NCBI GenBank assembly: GCA_037380845.1
Contig: JARRRI010000047.1
Coordinates: 1 to 40,724, forward strand
Length of the DNA stretch: 40,724 nucleotides
Direction: 5' to 3'
Origin: Candidatus Sulfobium sp.
Lineage (GTDB): Bacteria; Nitrospirota; Thermodesulfovibrionia; Thermodesulfovibrionales; UBA6898
Within the stretch, counting starts at the first letter, position 1; each line of letters starts with the position of its first letter. This document shows positions 28,683 to 37,433 of the stretch, piece after piece. Below the pieces are notes generated by a model. The model ran no database searches. It had not been told where the DNA came from and was given only the letters and a program-made list of their open reading frames with translations. A program made the position numbers and the translations under genes.

Positions 28683-29162
28683 ATGGACATTTACGAGTAC
28701 GCCATGAAGATGGAAAAGGACGGGGAGAACCTTTACCGGGAGCTTGCGTCGAAGTCCGGTAATAAGGGGCTGACGTCTATCCTCGGCATGCTGGCAGACG
28801 CGGAGGTGAAGCATTACAAGCTCTTTCAGAACATGAAGAACAACGAAAAGGTTACGATGACCGACACCACCATCCTGGACGACGTAAAGAATGTCTTCGA
28901 AAAGATAAAAGAAGAAAAACAGTTCGAGGTCAACGTCTCGGAGATAGACCTTTATAAGGAAGCCCGGGATATAGAGAAAAAGAGCCGGGACTTCTATATT
29001 GAAAAGGCCGATGAAGTCGGCGCCGACAGGAAGGAAATATTCCTGAAGATAGCGGATGAGGAAAAGAGGCACTATTTCATCGTCGAAAACATCATTAACT
29101 TCGTGAACAAGCCCAACACCTGGCTGGAAAACCCCGAGTGGTATCATCTGGAAGAATATTAG
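28683..29162 (+). CDS. ferritin-like / rubrerythrin-family protein
   Basis: Duplicated E..(G/S)..Y and E..H di-iron motifs (MEKDGENLY, AEVKH, IEKKSRDFY, EEKRH); GAGGAGG RBS. Confidence 0.9.
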   Translation: MDIYEYAMKMEKDGENLYRELASKSGNKGLTSILGMLADAEVKHYKLFQNMKNNEKVTMTDTTILDDVKNVFEKIKEEKQFEVNVSEIDLYKEARDIEKKSRDFYIEKADEVGADRKEIFLKIADEEKRHYFIVENIINFVNKPNTWLENPEWYHLEEY

Positions 29163-29235
29163 CCCGACCCGGACAGCCTGAAAAGAGAAAAAGGGCGAGG
29201 ACCCGGCCCGCCCTTTCATTTCTACAGACATCCTA

Positions 29236-29413
29236 ACCGCAGAGATTCGCGGACAGGCGCAGACAAAAGACCGGAACCTGCTCAAAAAATTGATTTTGTC
29301 ATTATCGGGTATTTTTTTGTCATTCCCGCGGAGGCGGGAATCATCAGCCGAAGAAAATAACCCGGTAGTTGGATTTGCGGTTGTCTGCCCGACCGTCTGC
29401 GTCCGTCTGCGGT
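29236..29413. repeat. inverted arms of CGCAGAC-type ~10-mer units enclosing a half REP-like hairpin (29319-29342)
   Basis: ACCGCAGAGATTCGCGGACAGGCGCAGACAA ... TTGTCTGCCCGACCGTCTGCGTCCGTCTGCGGT, with GTCATTCCCGCGGAGGCGGGAATC inside. Confidence 0.7.
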
Positions 29414-29464
29414 CAAGGAGATCCTTTCCTGTATAATCTATAGAAACGAACGGAGAAAAAGGTC

Positions 29465-29668
29465 ATGGCAAAGTATACGGCAACAATCGACGAAGGTACA
29501 CGGCAGCGGATCCTTGCATTACCGGGGCACGTGCGTTTTTCGGCCTTCATGCGAAAAGCGATCAGCTTTTTTGTAGAGGAGCTTGAGAAGAACCCGGACC
29601 TCCAGCCGGAGAATTTCATCATCACCGCCACCGCCCGGAAGGACAAAACGGACAAAAAAGGAAAATAA
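29465..29668 (+). CDS. small hypothetical protein, possibly ribbon-helix-helix DNA-binding
   Basis: GGAGA RBS; KYTATID strand followed by two predicted helices (FSAFMRKAI resembles RHH helix B). Confidence 0.5.
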   Translation: MAKYTATIDEGTRQRILALPGHVRFSAFMRKAISFFVEELEKNPDLQPENFIITATARKDKTDKKGK

Positions 29669-29784
29669 GGTCTCAGGCGGCTTTATATATCGGATGCGTC
29701 CCGCCAAAAAGCCTCTATTTCCCCGTGGGCTTAAGGAGACGAAGCCGCCTTGACAACTTGTGCATCTTGTAATTACAGTAAGGC

Positions 29785-30327
29785 ATGACTAAGGAGCAAA
29801 GGCCTGCCGGTTTTTTCAAATATGTTCCCTGCCATTCTGATGGCAGTATGGCTTCAATCAGGGTTTATATCATATCGGTTATTCTGGTATTCCTGGCTCT
29901 GGCTGCGGCTGCTGCAGCGGCAAATGCGGCCGGGACGCGGGAGATCGAGCTTGTGGACGGCAGTGTCATCATCGGGGAGGTCGTGTCTTTGTCCGGCGGG
30001 ATCTACACGGTCAGATCGGCCACGCTCGGGACGCTCCGGATCAAAGAATCCGATATCCAGGTCATCCGTATGAAGAATTCCACCGTCCGGGATGACGTCC
30101 GGGAGCAGGAGAGGGCCCTTCAGAACAGTATGCCTGATGGCGCCGAGATCCAGGCCTTCATGAACGCCCTTCAGAACGATCCAGACTTGCAGAAGTTGGT
30201 CCAGGACCCGGAAATCATGAAGGCGGTGCAGGCAGGAGATATCGGTGCCCTTATGAGCAGTCCGGAGTTCACGAAGCTCCTGGAGAAGTATCGTTCTCAG
30301 GATATCAATAAGAATCCCTCCCGATAG
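29785..30327 (+). CDS. exported hypothetical protein with a C-terminal STI1-like (DP) helical region; start at 29785 or 29848
   Basis: Hydrophobic signal stretch ending AAAAANA; IELVDGSVIIGEV beta domain; LQNDPDLQKLVQDPEIM. Confidence 0.75.
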   Translation: MTKEQRPAGFFKYVPCHSDGSMASIRVYIISVILVFLALAAAAAAANAAGTREIELVDGSVIIGEVVSLSGGIYTVRSATLGTLRIKESDIQVIRMKNSTVRDDVREQERALQNSMPDGAEIQAFMNALQNDPDLQKLVQDPEIMKAVQAGDIGALMSSPEFTKLLEKYRSQDINKNPSR

Positions 30328-30329
30328 GT

Positions 30330-30689
30330 TTAACGAGCAGTTCGCCTGCTCCTCAGATACATCCATGCGCTGAAGCAGACTACCAGAACTGTGCCGGCCA
30401 GAATGACGGTGGGGGGAAGCTCGATGTAGACCAGCTTCTCGGCGTAATGGACAATGAACGAACCTGTATAGGTTGCGGAGGGGTTCTGTTTTGAGCGCAG
30501 CCACACCTCCAGGTCGGTCAACGGGCAATACCAGCCGAATGCCTGAATGACCACCGCAAAGGCGAGGCCGGAGACGTGGATGATCTTCACGGCCTTCCAC
30601 CTGACGCCGGGGACGGCCCCAAAAATCAGAAAGAGGATCCAGAAAAAGTGGACCATTACCACAGCGTCTGCAAGAATTTTATAGACCAT
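30330..30689 (-). CDS. DUF2784 family membrane protein
   Basis: YKILADAVVMVHF, WYCPLTDLE.WLR, Y.GSFI.HY. Confidence 0.85.
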   Translation of the reverse strand: MVYKILADAVVMVHFFWILFLIFGAVPGVRWKAVKIIHVSGLAFAVVIQAFGWYCPLTDLEVWLRSKQNPSATYTGSFIVHYAEKLVYIELPPTVILAGTVLVVCFSAWMYLRSRRTAR

Positions 30690-31115
30690 CTCTCACGCTC
30701 ACGCAACGAAGGGAAGGACGTCACATTATGATGACATCATATCATCTTCAGGATAGATTGAATTATTAGCCGGGCGACAGAGTTTGAAGAGGATTACAAC
30801 ACGATGCTCTCAGGATGGAACATTGTGGGACTTGCGGGTCGGGCATGTGGAGCAGGCGCACGTGAAAGAAGTAGTCCCGCCGCAATTAGAGCAATATGTC
30901 AAATGCTTGCCTCGGTCCGACCACTCGGAGCCCCGCAGAGTCAGAGCCCGCAATATTTGATGCTTCCGTGATAATTTCGTGACAACTGTGGCGTAGACTG
31001 TTTTTAGGACCCGCTTAAAAAGAAGGTCAGGCGGTTTTTCGAAGAAGCCGTGGACTTCCGGCGGACCCTTTTTGATGGGACTGCCCTTGTGTGCGAAACA
31101 GGAAGATGAAAGGAG

Positions 31116-31496
31116 GTGAAAAACGTGAGGAAGACCATTTTCTTTGCGGTCGTTGTGCTGTTAGGTTCTGCTTTGGCTTTCGCCGATATGTCCGGCAAGA
31201 TGAACCTGAAGGTTGGCGACGAGGTCTATGCCTGCAACTGCGGGGAGAGCTGTGGATGCCAGACCATGTCGATGATGCCCGGCAAAGGCGCCTGTGGCAG
31301 CGAAATGGTGAAGGCAAAGGTGATGAAGGTCGAAGACGGCACTGTAATGCTGAAGGCAGATTCGTGGGAGAAGGCGCGTACCTTCAAAACAACGGGCAAG
31401 TATGCCTGCGCATGCGGACCTGACTGCAAGTGCGGAACCGTCAGCCAGAACCCGGGCAAGTGCCCATGCGGCATGGAAATGCAGAAGGTCGAGTAG
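31116..31496 (+). CDS. secreted Cys-rich protein with two tandem metal-binding repeats
   Basis: Signal peptide, then YACNCGESCGC.T.S..PGKGACGSEM and YACACGPDCKC.T.S..PGKCPCGMEM. Start is GTG 31116 or 31125, after AGGAGG. Confidence 0.8.
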   Translation: MKNVRKTIFFAVVVLLGSALAFADMSGKMNLKVGDEVYACNCGESCGCQTMSMMPGKGACGSEMVKAKVMKVEDGTVMLKADSWEKARTFKTTGKYACACGPDCKCGTVSQNPGKCPCGMEMQKVE

Positions 31497-31522
31497 TTTC
31501 AAAAACGGCGGTCAAGCGAGGG

Positions 31523-31548
31523 GGGCGGGGGATTTCCCGCCCTTTTTT
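31523..31548 (+). terminator. rho-independent terminator
   Basis: GGGCGGG-ggattt-CCCGCCC followed by T6. Confidence 0.8.
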
Positions 31549-31605
31549 CTTTCCCTGACACAACATCCCCCTCAACTTCCACGGTAGAAAAATGGGATGT
31601 GTGTC

Positions 31606-31763
31606 GAATGGCGCTGACTTAAGGAATTTTTCATTAAGAACAAAGAACTTTCTGCCTTGTCATTCCCGCATTTTTTAGGCTGGAATCCAGCAGGAGACAA
31701 GGCCCCTTGGATGCCCGACCGAAGTCCTCGGGCATGACGAAGATGCTTAAATTAGCGCCATTC
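31606..31763. mobile_element. 158-bp IS4-family-like MITE with an 11-bp target-site duplication, carrying REP-like copy 4 (31659-31738)
   Basis: TIRs GAATGGCGCTGACTTAAG and CTTAAATTAGCGCCATTC (16/18 complementary); direct repeat GGATGTGTGTC at 31595-31605 and 31764-31774. Confidence 0.88.
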
Positions 31764-31955
31764 GGATGTGTGTCCTGTTTACCCTACTCTGTTTTTATAT
31801 TAAGCGCAAGGTCATTATATCAACATTGCTGAAAAGGAAGCGGAAAAGCCGATGCCGTTAACACCCTTACTCGGAAGGGCGGTCTTTGTTGAGAACAACG
31901 GATTTGATATTCTGATATAATTTAGACAGGGAGGAGAAGAAAGGAGGACAGTCGT

Positions 31956-32306
31956 ATGAAGCCGCTTGTTGTTTTTATCGCTTTATTGTTCATTTTTCCG
32001 GCCGCTGTTTCCGCCCATGTTCACGTACGTGAATACAGTCCGAAGAAGGGCGCCGTTGTGACAGTTCCGCCCGCGAGGGTGAGCGTGACCTTTTCCGATT
32101 CCGTTGAGCCGATCTTTTCCGGGTTGACGGTTATTGACGGTTCGGGCGCGACGGTTTCCGGAAAAACAGAGTTTTTTAAGGACAATACTGTCATGGAAAC
32201 GGGGCTGACGAAAAACCTGGCACCGGGCAAGTATACCGTAAAGTGGAAATGCGTGAGCGAGGACGGGCACAAAGAGAACGGGTCATATACTTTCACCGTT
32301 AAGTAG
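31956..32306 (+). CDS. copC: copper resistance protein CopC
   Basis: Signal peptide ending AVSA|H (His1 of the mature protein), P..VSVTF, PGKYTVKW..VSEDGH...GSYTFTV. Confidence 0.92.
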   Translation: MKPLVVFIALLFIFPAAVSAHVHVREYSPKKGAVVTVPPARVSVTFSDSVEPIFSGLTVIDGSGATVSGKTEFFKDNTVMETGLTKNLAPGKYTVKWKCVSEDGHKENGSYTFTVK

Positions 32307-33257
32307 ATGGACCTCACTTACGCAGCCATGATCCTTTTTTACTGGATCTTCCTGTCCTGCATCTTTTTTATAGCCGGCTCGTATGCATCGAGAGTACTTG
32401 TCACCGATCCTTCAGGCGCGGATGTGTGTTATCTGCCGGGGAAACGGCAGTGCCTCGGCGAGACCTCGGCCCACACGATTTTTCTTGTTTCCATCCTCGC
32501 CCTGATCGCAGACGCCCTTTATCTCATACTCCAGGCATCTGTAATATCGGACACTCCGCTCAAAGGGGTTTATTCGGTAATTATCCCTTTTCTCCTGGAA
32601 ACGAGGTACGGAAAGTTCTCCGTAATCAGGACATGTCTTCTTGCTGCAGTGCTTGTTATGTCGTACAGTGCGGCAAAGAGGGCAGGCAGGCGGATTTCAT
32701 TCGCAGGCGCGGCTCTTTCCTTTCTGATCCTCCTGAGCCTGAGTATGTCCGGCCACCAGGGGACCAGGAGGGGAAGCCCTGTCCCGCTTTTCATCGATGT
32801 ATTTCATATCGGCGCAGTCTCCCTGTGGATCGGTGGACTCTTCTACATCCGTTTCTGTTATACCTTTTTTATGAGGCAGGCAGGCGTCGAGTTTTTTGCC
32901 ATTTTCAGGAACCTCATGGCGAGGTTCTCGCGTATGGCTACGGCCTGCGTCTTTATAGGGGCGTCAGCCGGGGTGGGTCTGGGCTTCATCAATGTCAAGC
33001 GATTATCCTATCTCATTAATGCCCCTTACGGCCGGGTCCTCCTGCTGAAAGCGCTGATTGTCGGCGTTCTTATTTCCCTCGGCGGGATCAATAAATTTAT
33101 CCTTCTTCCGCGCCTCGACAGGTCCGGTGCGGAACAGTGGACGGAAACGGCAACTTACCGGTCATGGCTGCGCAGGGTCATCACCGCCGAGGTCGTTACA
33201 GCCATGGTTGTGCTGCTCCTTACGAGTATCCTCACCCATCTTTCCCCTGAAGGCTGA
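32307..33257 (+). CDS. copD: copper resistance membrane protein CopD
   Basis: Directly follows copC; multiple TM segments, SGH, H...VSLWIGGL, RFS, YGRVLLLK. Confidence 0.88.
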   Translation: MDLTYAAMILFYWIFLSCIFFIAGSYASRVLVTDPSGADVCYLPGKRQCLGETSAHTIFLVSILALIADALYLILQASVISDTPLKGVYSVIIPFLLETRYGKFSVIRTCLLAAVLVMSYSAAKRAGRRISFAGAALSFLILLSLSMSGHQGTRRGSPVPLFIDVFHIGAVSLWIGGLFYIRFCYTFFMRQAGVEFFAIFRNLMARFSRMATACVFIGASAGVGLGFINVKRLSYLINAPYGRVLLLKALIVGVLISLGGINKFILLPRLDRSGAEQWTETATYRSWLRRVITAEVVTAMVVLLLTSILTHLSPEG

Positions 33258-33329
33258 CGTTTGCCTCCTCTAATTTCCCTGGCTGGCTGAGATCGCCTTG
33301 AGAATATGGGATGTGTCCCGGGTAGCAAA

Positions 33330-33374
33330 TTCACAATTCTTCATGAAGCCTTCATTGCAGGTTCATATTATATT
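33330..33374 (+). promoter_or_regulatory. four tandem TTCA(T/C) boxes plus a -10 element
   Basis: TTCAC 33330, TTCAT 33340, 33351 and 33362 (periods 10, 11, 11), then TATATT 33369-33374. Confidence 0.55.
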
Positions 33375-33430
33375 GTTACCCTTTGATCAAGAAGACAAGG
33401 ATACGTCTGGCAAGGCGGAGGAGGAGAAAA

Positions 33431-33796
33431 ATGAAGACGTTGTTTTCGACAGTATTGATTGGAGCTCTGGCCCTCGGTGTCCTGCTGGTGTTCAGCCCGG
33501 GCAGGGCGGATGCCTGGGATAGAGGGCCGGTCGTCGGTTTTTCGCTGGTGGTACCGCCTTTCGGCGTTTCGATAGGTGCACCCGCTCCCTACTACTATGC
33601 TGCTCCTGTTTACGTGGAGCCGCCCTATCCGGTCTATAGGCGCGCCTACTATTCGCCGTATTATGGCTATGGGCCGTATTTCCGGTACCGTCATCGGGAC
33701 CACAGAGGCTGGAGGGGTGACTGGGGCCACAGAGGCTGGAGAGGCGATTGGGGCCACAGAGGCTATGGAAGAAGGCACGGGCACTGGAGGCGTTAA
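33431..33796 (+). CDS. small exported Pro/Tyr/Arg/His-rich low-complexity protein
   Basis: GGAGGAGGAG RBS; signal peptide ending ADA; PAPYYYAAPVY; repeated HRGWRGDWG (27-nt unit). Confidence 0.75.
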   Translation: MKTLFSTVLIGALALGVLLVFSPGRADAWDRGPVVGFSLVVPPFGVSIGAPAPYYYAAPVYVEPPYPVYRRAYYSPYYGYGPYFRYRHRDHRGWRGDWGHRGWRGDWGHRGYGRRHGHWRR

Positions 33797-34208
33797 TAAA
33801 GCGGAAAAAGGCCTGCCTCCGGAAATTATACGAATGTCGGATGAGAAACGACTTTGACTGGGCGGTCTGAGGTGCCGCCCTGCCTATCTGCCGATGGAAG
33901 ATTTAGAGAGGTCTGTCCGCCTCGACGGCGAGGCCATGATATTTATGCGGGCTGTGGAGGTTAACCGGCCAGACCATGAATTATTATTTTTCCGCCCTCG
34001 GGTTCCTCCTGAAATAAAAAAAGTGGTGTTTGCTCCCTCATTATCAGGATTTCTGGATAAGAATTTGGTTCAGACTTTTTCAAGGTCTTAACTTACTCAT
34101 CTTGTCCGACATCCTGAACCTGAGAAGAGCAAAACCACCACTTGCCTGGTCGCGTTGCCTTTAATTCATTTATAGCTCTGTTGCGGACGGTTGTCAAGAA
34201 GTATTTTT

Positions 34209-34463
34209 TCAGCCATACTTTATCTTCAAAAGCAAAACCAGAAGCGTCAAGGTCAAGCCTACAGCATTGGTAATAATTATTGGCGTGGATTCTATTGCAA
34301 AGCCGTAGATAGTCCACAGCAGCAGACCGATGCCAAGGACGATGTACATGCCTATAGAGATATCTCGCGTTGATTTTGATTTCCATGCTTTGATGACCTG
34401 GGGCAAAAAGGAAATGGTAGTGAAAACCCCTGCCGCTAATCCTATGATTGTTGCGGTGTCCAT
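34209..34463 (-). CDS. SemiSWEET (PQ-loop) transporter
   Basis: 84 aa, three TM helices, SFLPQVIKAWKSKSTRDIS, LW..YG, IITN. Confidence 0.92.
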   Translation of the reverse strand: MDTATIIGLAAGVFTTISFLPQVIKAWKSKSTRDISIGMYIVLGIGLLLWTIYGFAIESTPIIITNAVGLTLTLLVLLLKIKYG

Positions 34464-34741
34464 ATCTGTTTAATGATACCGCCATTCACAACATCGGGTG
34501 CAAGATCCCACTTCATCATGAGATTATACAGGATTAAGGCAGGGATAGACAGCCCCGGGGACGAAACGGGTCTCAGGCACTGTTTGGAAATGGACCGCCT
34601 GACGGAGGAGGTCAAAGAGGTTCGGCCTGAAGGGAAAACCGGATTCGGGCCGCCCTGATATTGCATTGTTAAAGGATCCGAAAGAAAATATAAACAACGC
34701 TGTTCGTGACGAAGGCTTAATTTATCTCAAGGAGGCGGAGT

Positions 34742-34978
34742 ATGCCCGGAAGATGTGAATGCGGTGAAGTCACTGACTGGATGGAGGTGGGAAGCACCTG
34801 GATTTGCCGGAAATGCAGTGAAAAGGAAATAAGAAAGAGCATGAATGACCTGAGAACAGCCTTTCGGAAAATGTCGGCGGCGGAGCGTTCACTTTCATCG
34901 CTTTTTGTGGATACACTGACTCTCCCCGCGTTGCTTGACAACGTTGAGAAGGAAATCAAAAAGATTAAGGCAGCATAG
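34742..34978 (+). CDS. small Zn-finger plus coiled-coil hypothetical protein
   Basis: AAGGAGG RBS; CECG...WICRKC followed by an amphipathic helical region. Confidence 0.6.
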   Translation: MPGRCECGEVTDWMEVGSTWICRKCSEKEIRKSMNDLRTAFRKMSAAERSLSSLFVDTLTLPALLDNVEKEIKKIKAA

Positions 34979-35006
34979 ACGGGAAGAAGGAAAGGTAAGC
35001 GCAACA

Positions 35007-35066
35007 TTCCCAGTTGCGGGCCTCAGCGAATTTGGCAAGTCGTTGGCGGATGCTTTCAATGTTCAT
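35007..35066 (-). pseudogene. MazG-like pyrophosphohydrolase fragment A (codons 1-20)
   Basis: Translates MNIESIRQRLAKFAEARNWE; homologous to 39775-39889 and 39948-40004. Confidence 0.8.
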
Positions 35067-35234
35067 GGGATTTTCTTGCAGTATGCCCTGTTTTCAGTCG
35101 CCATAAAGAGGGGCAAAATAAGTCAACTAATTCATCATCGTCTCCTCAACTCCCATGTTGCTTAAATTGGCAACGCCCCCTACGCGTCGGCATTAAATCT
35201 CCATAAAATTCAGTATGTTATGATAGAATAGATT

Positions 35235-35390
35235 ATGCGGAAAAAATCGTTGCTCGAAACCAATCCTTACCTGAAGGTGCCTGGGAAATATCGCAAAGCG
35301 CTCATTGCCAACGTCGCCAGCTCAACAGCCATCGAGACCGGGGCATCAATCCCTTCCCGGAATGGATGGATAAGCACCAGCTCCGTATGA
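35235..35390 (+). pseudogene. Fic antitoxin copy 1, C-terminus replaced by the deletion junction at 35350/35351
   Basis: MRKKSLLETNPYLKVPGKYRKALIANVASSTAIETGASI matches the protein at 40145-40336 up to the junction. Confidence 0.8.
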
Positions 35391-35800
35391 GTTTCAGCGA
35401 GTGCGCGAATGACCTCGTGTCGATCCTTGAAATTGCAAGGTGTGTTGGGAGTAAGAACATCATTTTCGAACTGTGTCATAAGCGAAGGAATATGCAGAGA
35501 CGCCGCAAAAGGAAAATCACCCTTGCTCACGTTTACCTGTCGGTATTTTCCTGCCCATTCGTATATTCCTTCCAGCCAGATTTTGTGAAATTCGCAGATA
35601 TCCGCTGCAGTGAAACGATGGTCCGCGCCAAACTTCCGCACCAGCTTGTCTGTTGCCTCTTGCAATGCAATAGCTTCCGCATCCTCCATTGCTTCAGGCG
35701 ACCTGATGCCGAGCTTGTTCTTGAGCACTTTGCCGTTTGAACCCGGCTCGAATTGGTCTTCCACAAAGTTGGAAGTACTATAGCGGTCTTTCTTTCTCAT
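35351..35800 (-). pseudogene. Fic-family protein copy 1, truncated inside the catalytic motif (HPFREG|)
   Basis: VLKNKLGI, YEWAGKYR.VN.SKG, HPFREG, then runs into the antisense of the antitoxin. Comparison with 40308-40724 shows a 242-bp deletion. Confidence 0.88.
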
Positions 35801-35902
35801 ATCGCCTTAATGCAAGATTCAAGACGCGAGCCCATCCCCCTCCTTTTCAAGTTTATCTATATCAAATAGCGTTTTCTATCTCTTTTTTGCAGATGGATAT
35901 CT

Positions 35903-36010
35903 CTCACGCGACTGTTTGTCAATGTGCCACTGGAAGATTTCGAGGAGTTCGGCCGCCTCGGCTGCGAGGGGCATGAAGAGGTTTTTGCGACTGTGGAACT
36001 GGTCCCGGTT
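35903..36010 (-). pseudogene. MazG-like fragment B (codons 18-53)
   Basis: Translates NRDQFHSRKNLFMPLAAEAAELLEIFQWHIDKQSRE, matching the WDQFHSPKNL...EAAELLEIFQW pattern of dCTP pyrophosphatase-like MazG proteins. Confidence 0.85.
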
Positions 36011-36014
36011 TCAA

Positions 36015-36224
36015 TCAGTTTGCCACTGCGTATTCGACCGTTCGGGGGTTTTCCATTCGCTTGGAGGCGTCCAGTATTTCCATGCCCACGACGTTTCCGT
36101 CTTTATCGAAGTCAAGGATCACGCCTGGCTTCTCCTCGTCGCTCTCCTCAATCGGCGCGCTGCTGAAAACAATGCGCATAACATCGACATCGGCGTCATA
36201 GGTGATTTTCATGGTTGCCTCCAA
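36015..36224 (-). CDS. DUF2283 family protein (putative antitoxin)
   Basis: MKITYDADVD.M.I, ESDE..PGVILDFDKDGNVVG.EILDAS. Confidence 0.88.
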   Translation of the reverse strand: MEATMKITYDADVDVMRIVFSSAPIEESDEEKPGVILDFDKDGNVVGMEILDASKRMENPRTVEYAVAN

Positions 36225-36424
36225 TACTTGCTGATCTTGCTTGTTCTAAAAACTGTGACCACCCTGGGAGGATCATGCGTATCGTTTACGATAACCCTGA
36301 CAAGATAAGCCTTTCCCGTTCCTATATCCATTATGGACTGAAATGCCTTCTTGTTTCCATATTCATCAGCAATCTGCTGAGGATTTTGCAGGATGGTTTC
36401 GACGACATTCAAGGGAATCCTTCT
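36209..36424 (-). pseudogene. DUF4258 family protein (putative toxin), probably 5'-truncated
   Basis: RRIPLNVVETILQNP...YLVRVIVN...VVTVFRTSKISKY. The usual N-terminal H-A-x-x-x-M segment is absent, and the frame closes at the NERD stop 14 codons upstream of the TTG. Confidence 0.7.
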
Positions 36425-36451
36425 TGGCCTTCCTTGACCTTTCTTCGCACT

Positions 36452-37378
36452 TCAGCTGTCGTAACCCACTATGGCATGGCACTTGGGATAATTAGTGCAG
36501 CCCCAAAAAGGCTTATTGGCGTGAGCACCCTTTTTTGCGACGCGCACAACCATCGGCGCACCACACTGAGGGCAGGTCTTCTCTTTTGAGGAGGTTCCGG
36601 GAGACCGGCCCCCCGACTGTGAAGATGGAAGAGGGACCGGAGTTGAGTGTTTAATCCCAAAGCGCTTTCGATAGTCGATCTTAGCCGGTGTGTGCAGTGC
36701 GGCGATCTTTTCCGCCACGCCGAACATGGTATCCGTCGTCACGGTTTTGCCCACCGATGCCAGGGCGGAGAGATACGAAACGCGCTCCGCATTATCCATT
36801 ATAGTAGTTTCGAGGGTATCCGCCTTGATTACCATGCTTGTGTCGAACTTTTTCCGGGCCGGCCTGATTACTCTTGATTTTGGAGACACAAGGACGTAGT
36901 TCCTGAACGTCGGAGAGATGCGGAGGCCAAGTCGCGTCGGCATAATTCTTCTATCAACCAGTATCTTCCTCAGCAGATATATATGGCGATTATTCTGTTC
37001 GATGGGGGACTCGATCGAATAATACCTGTTCTTGTAGTCGACCAGGAATTCCCCGACCTCGGTGATCTTTACCGCATATGAATAATTCTTGGTCTCCAGA
37101 ACATAGAAATCGAAAAACCTGTCAATCATGAGATGATCGATCTGGGCGACCCTTCCGTCAAATTCCAGCCTTAAATCATGGATAACGGCCCAGTTCCTGG
37201 ACGAACTGTAAATGAAGTCGATGTAGTAAGCCGAACCTTTTTCGCCTTTGTCACCGGACTTCATAAACTTCAGTTCACGCTCGATCAGGAATCTGTTCTT
37301 TTCGGAGAGGGGCGATGAAAGCAGTGAGGTGAGTTCTTTAATGTCTGCTTCTTTCGAGTCGCGTTTCTTGATTATCAC
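36452..37378 (-). CDS. NERD nuclease-related domain protein with a C-terminal topoisomerase-type Zn ribbon
   Basis: G..GE, HDLRL, QIDHL, LETKN, SPIEQN.RH; CPQCGAPMV.R...FWGCTNYPKC. Confidence 0.92.
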   Translation of the reverse strand: MIIKKRDSKEADIKELTSLLSSPLSEKNRFLIERELKFMKSGDKGEKGSAYYIDFIYSSSRNWAVIHDLRLEFDGRVAQIDHLMIDRFFDFYVLETKNYSYAVKITEVGEFLVDYKNRYYSIESPIEQNNRHIYLLRKILVDRRIMPTRLGLRISPTFRNYVLVSPKSRVIRPARKKFDTSMVIKADTLETTIMDNAERVSYLSALASVGKTVTTDTMFGVAEKIAALHTPAKIDYRKRFGIKHSTPVPLPSSQSGGRSPGTSSKEKTCPQCGAPMVVRVAKKGAHANKPFWGCTNYPKCHAIVGYDS

Positions 37379-37433
37379 TTATCTTCGGTCTCCTCTTTCA
37401 GTTGAGTAACGTTTTTTCCCACAGCAGTTCTCG

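Noticed and set aside
30810..30955. Short minus-strand Cys-rich frame (YCSNCGGTTSFTCACSTC)
   Set aside because: Under 50 codons, TTG start only and no RBS; cannot be distinguished from chance.
33960..34100. Minus-strand MSKLRP...GSKH, faintly like a HicA toxin start
   Set aside because: Multiple stops and too little similarity to call.
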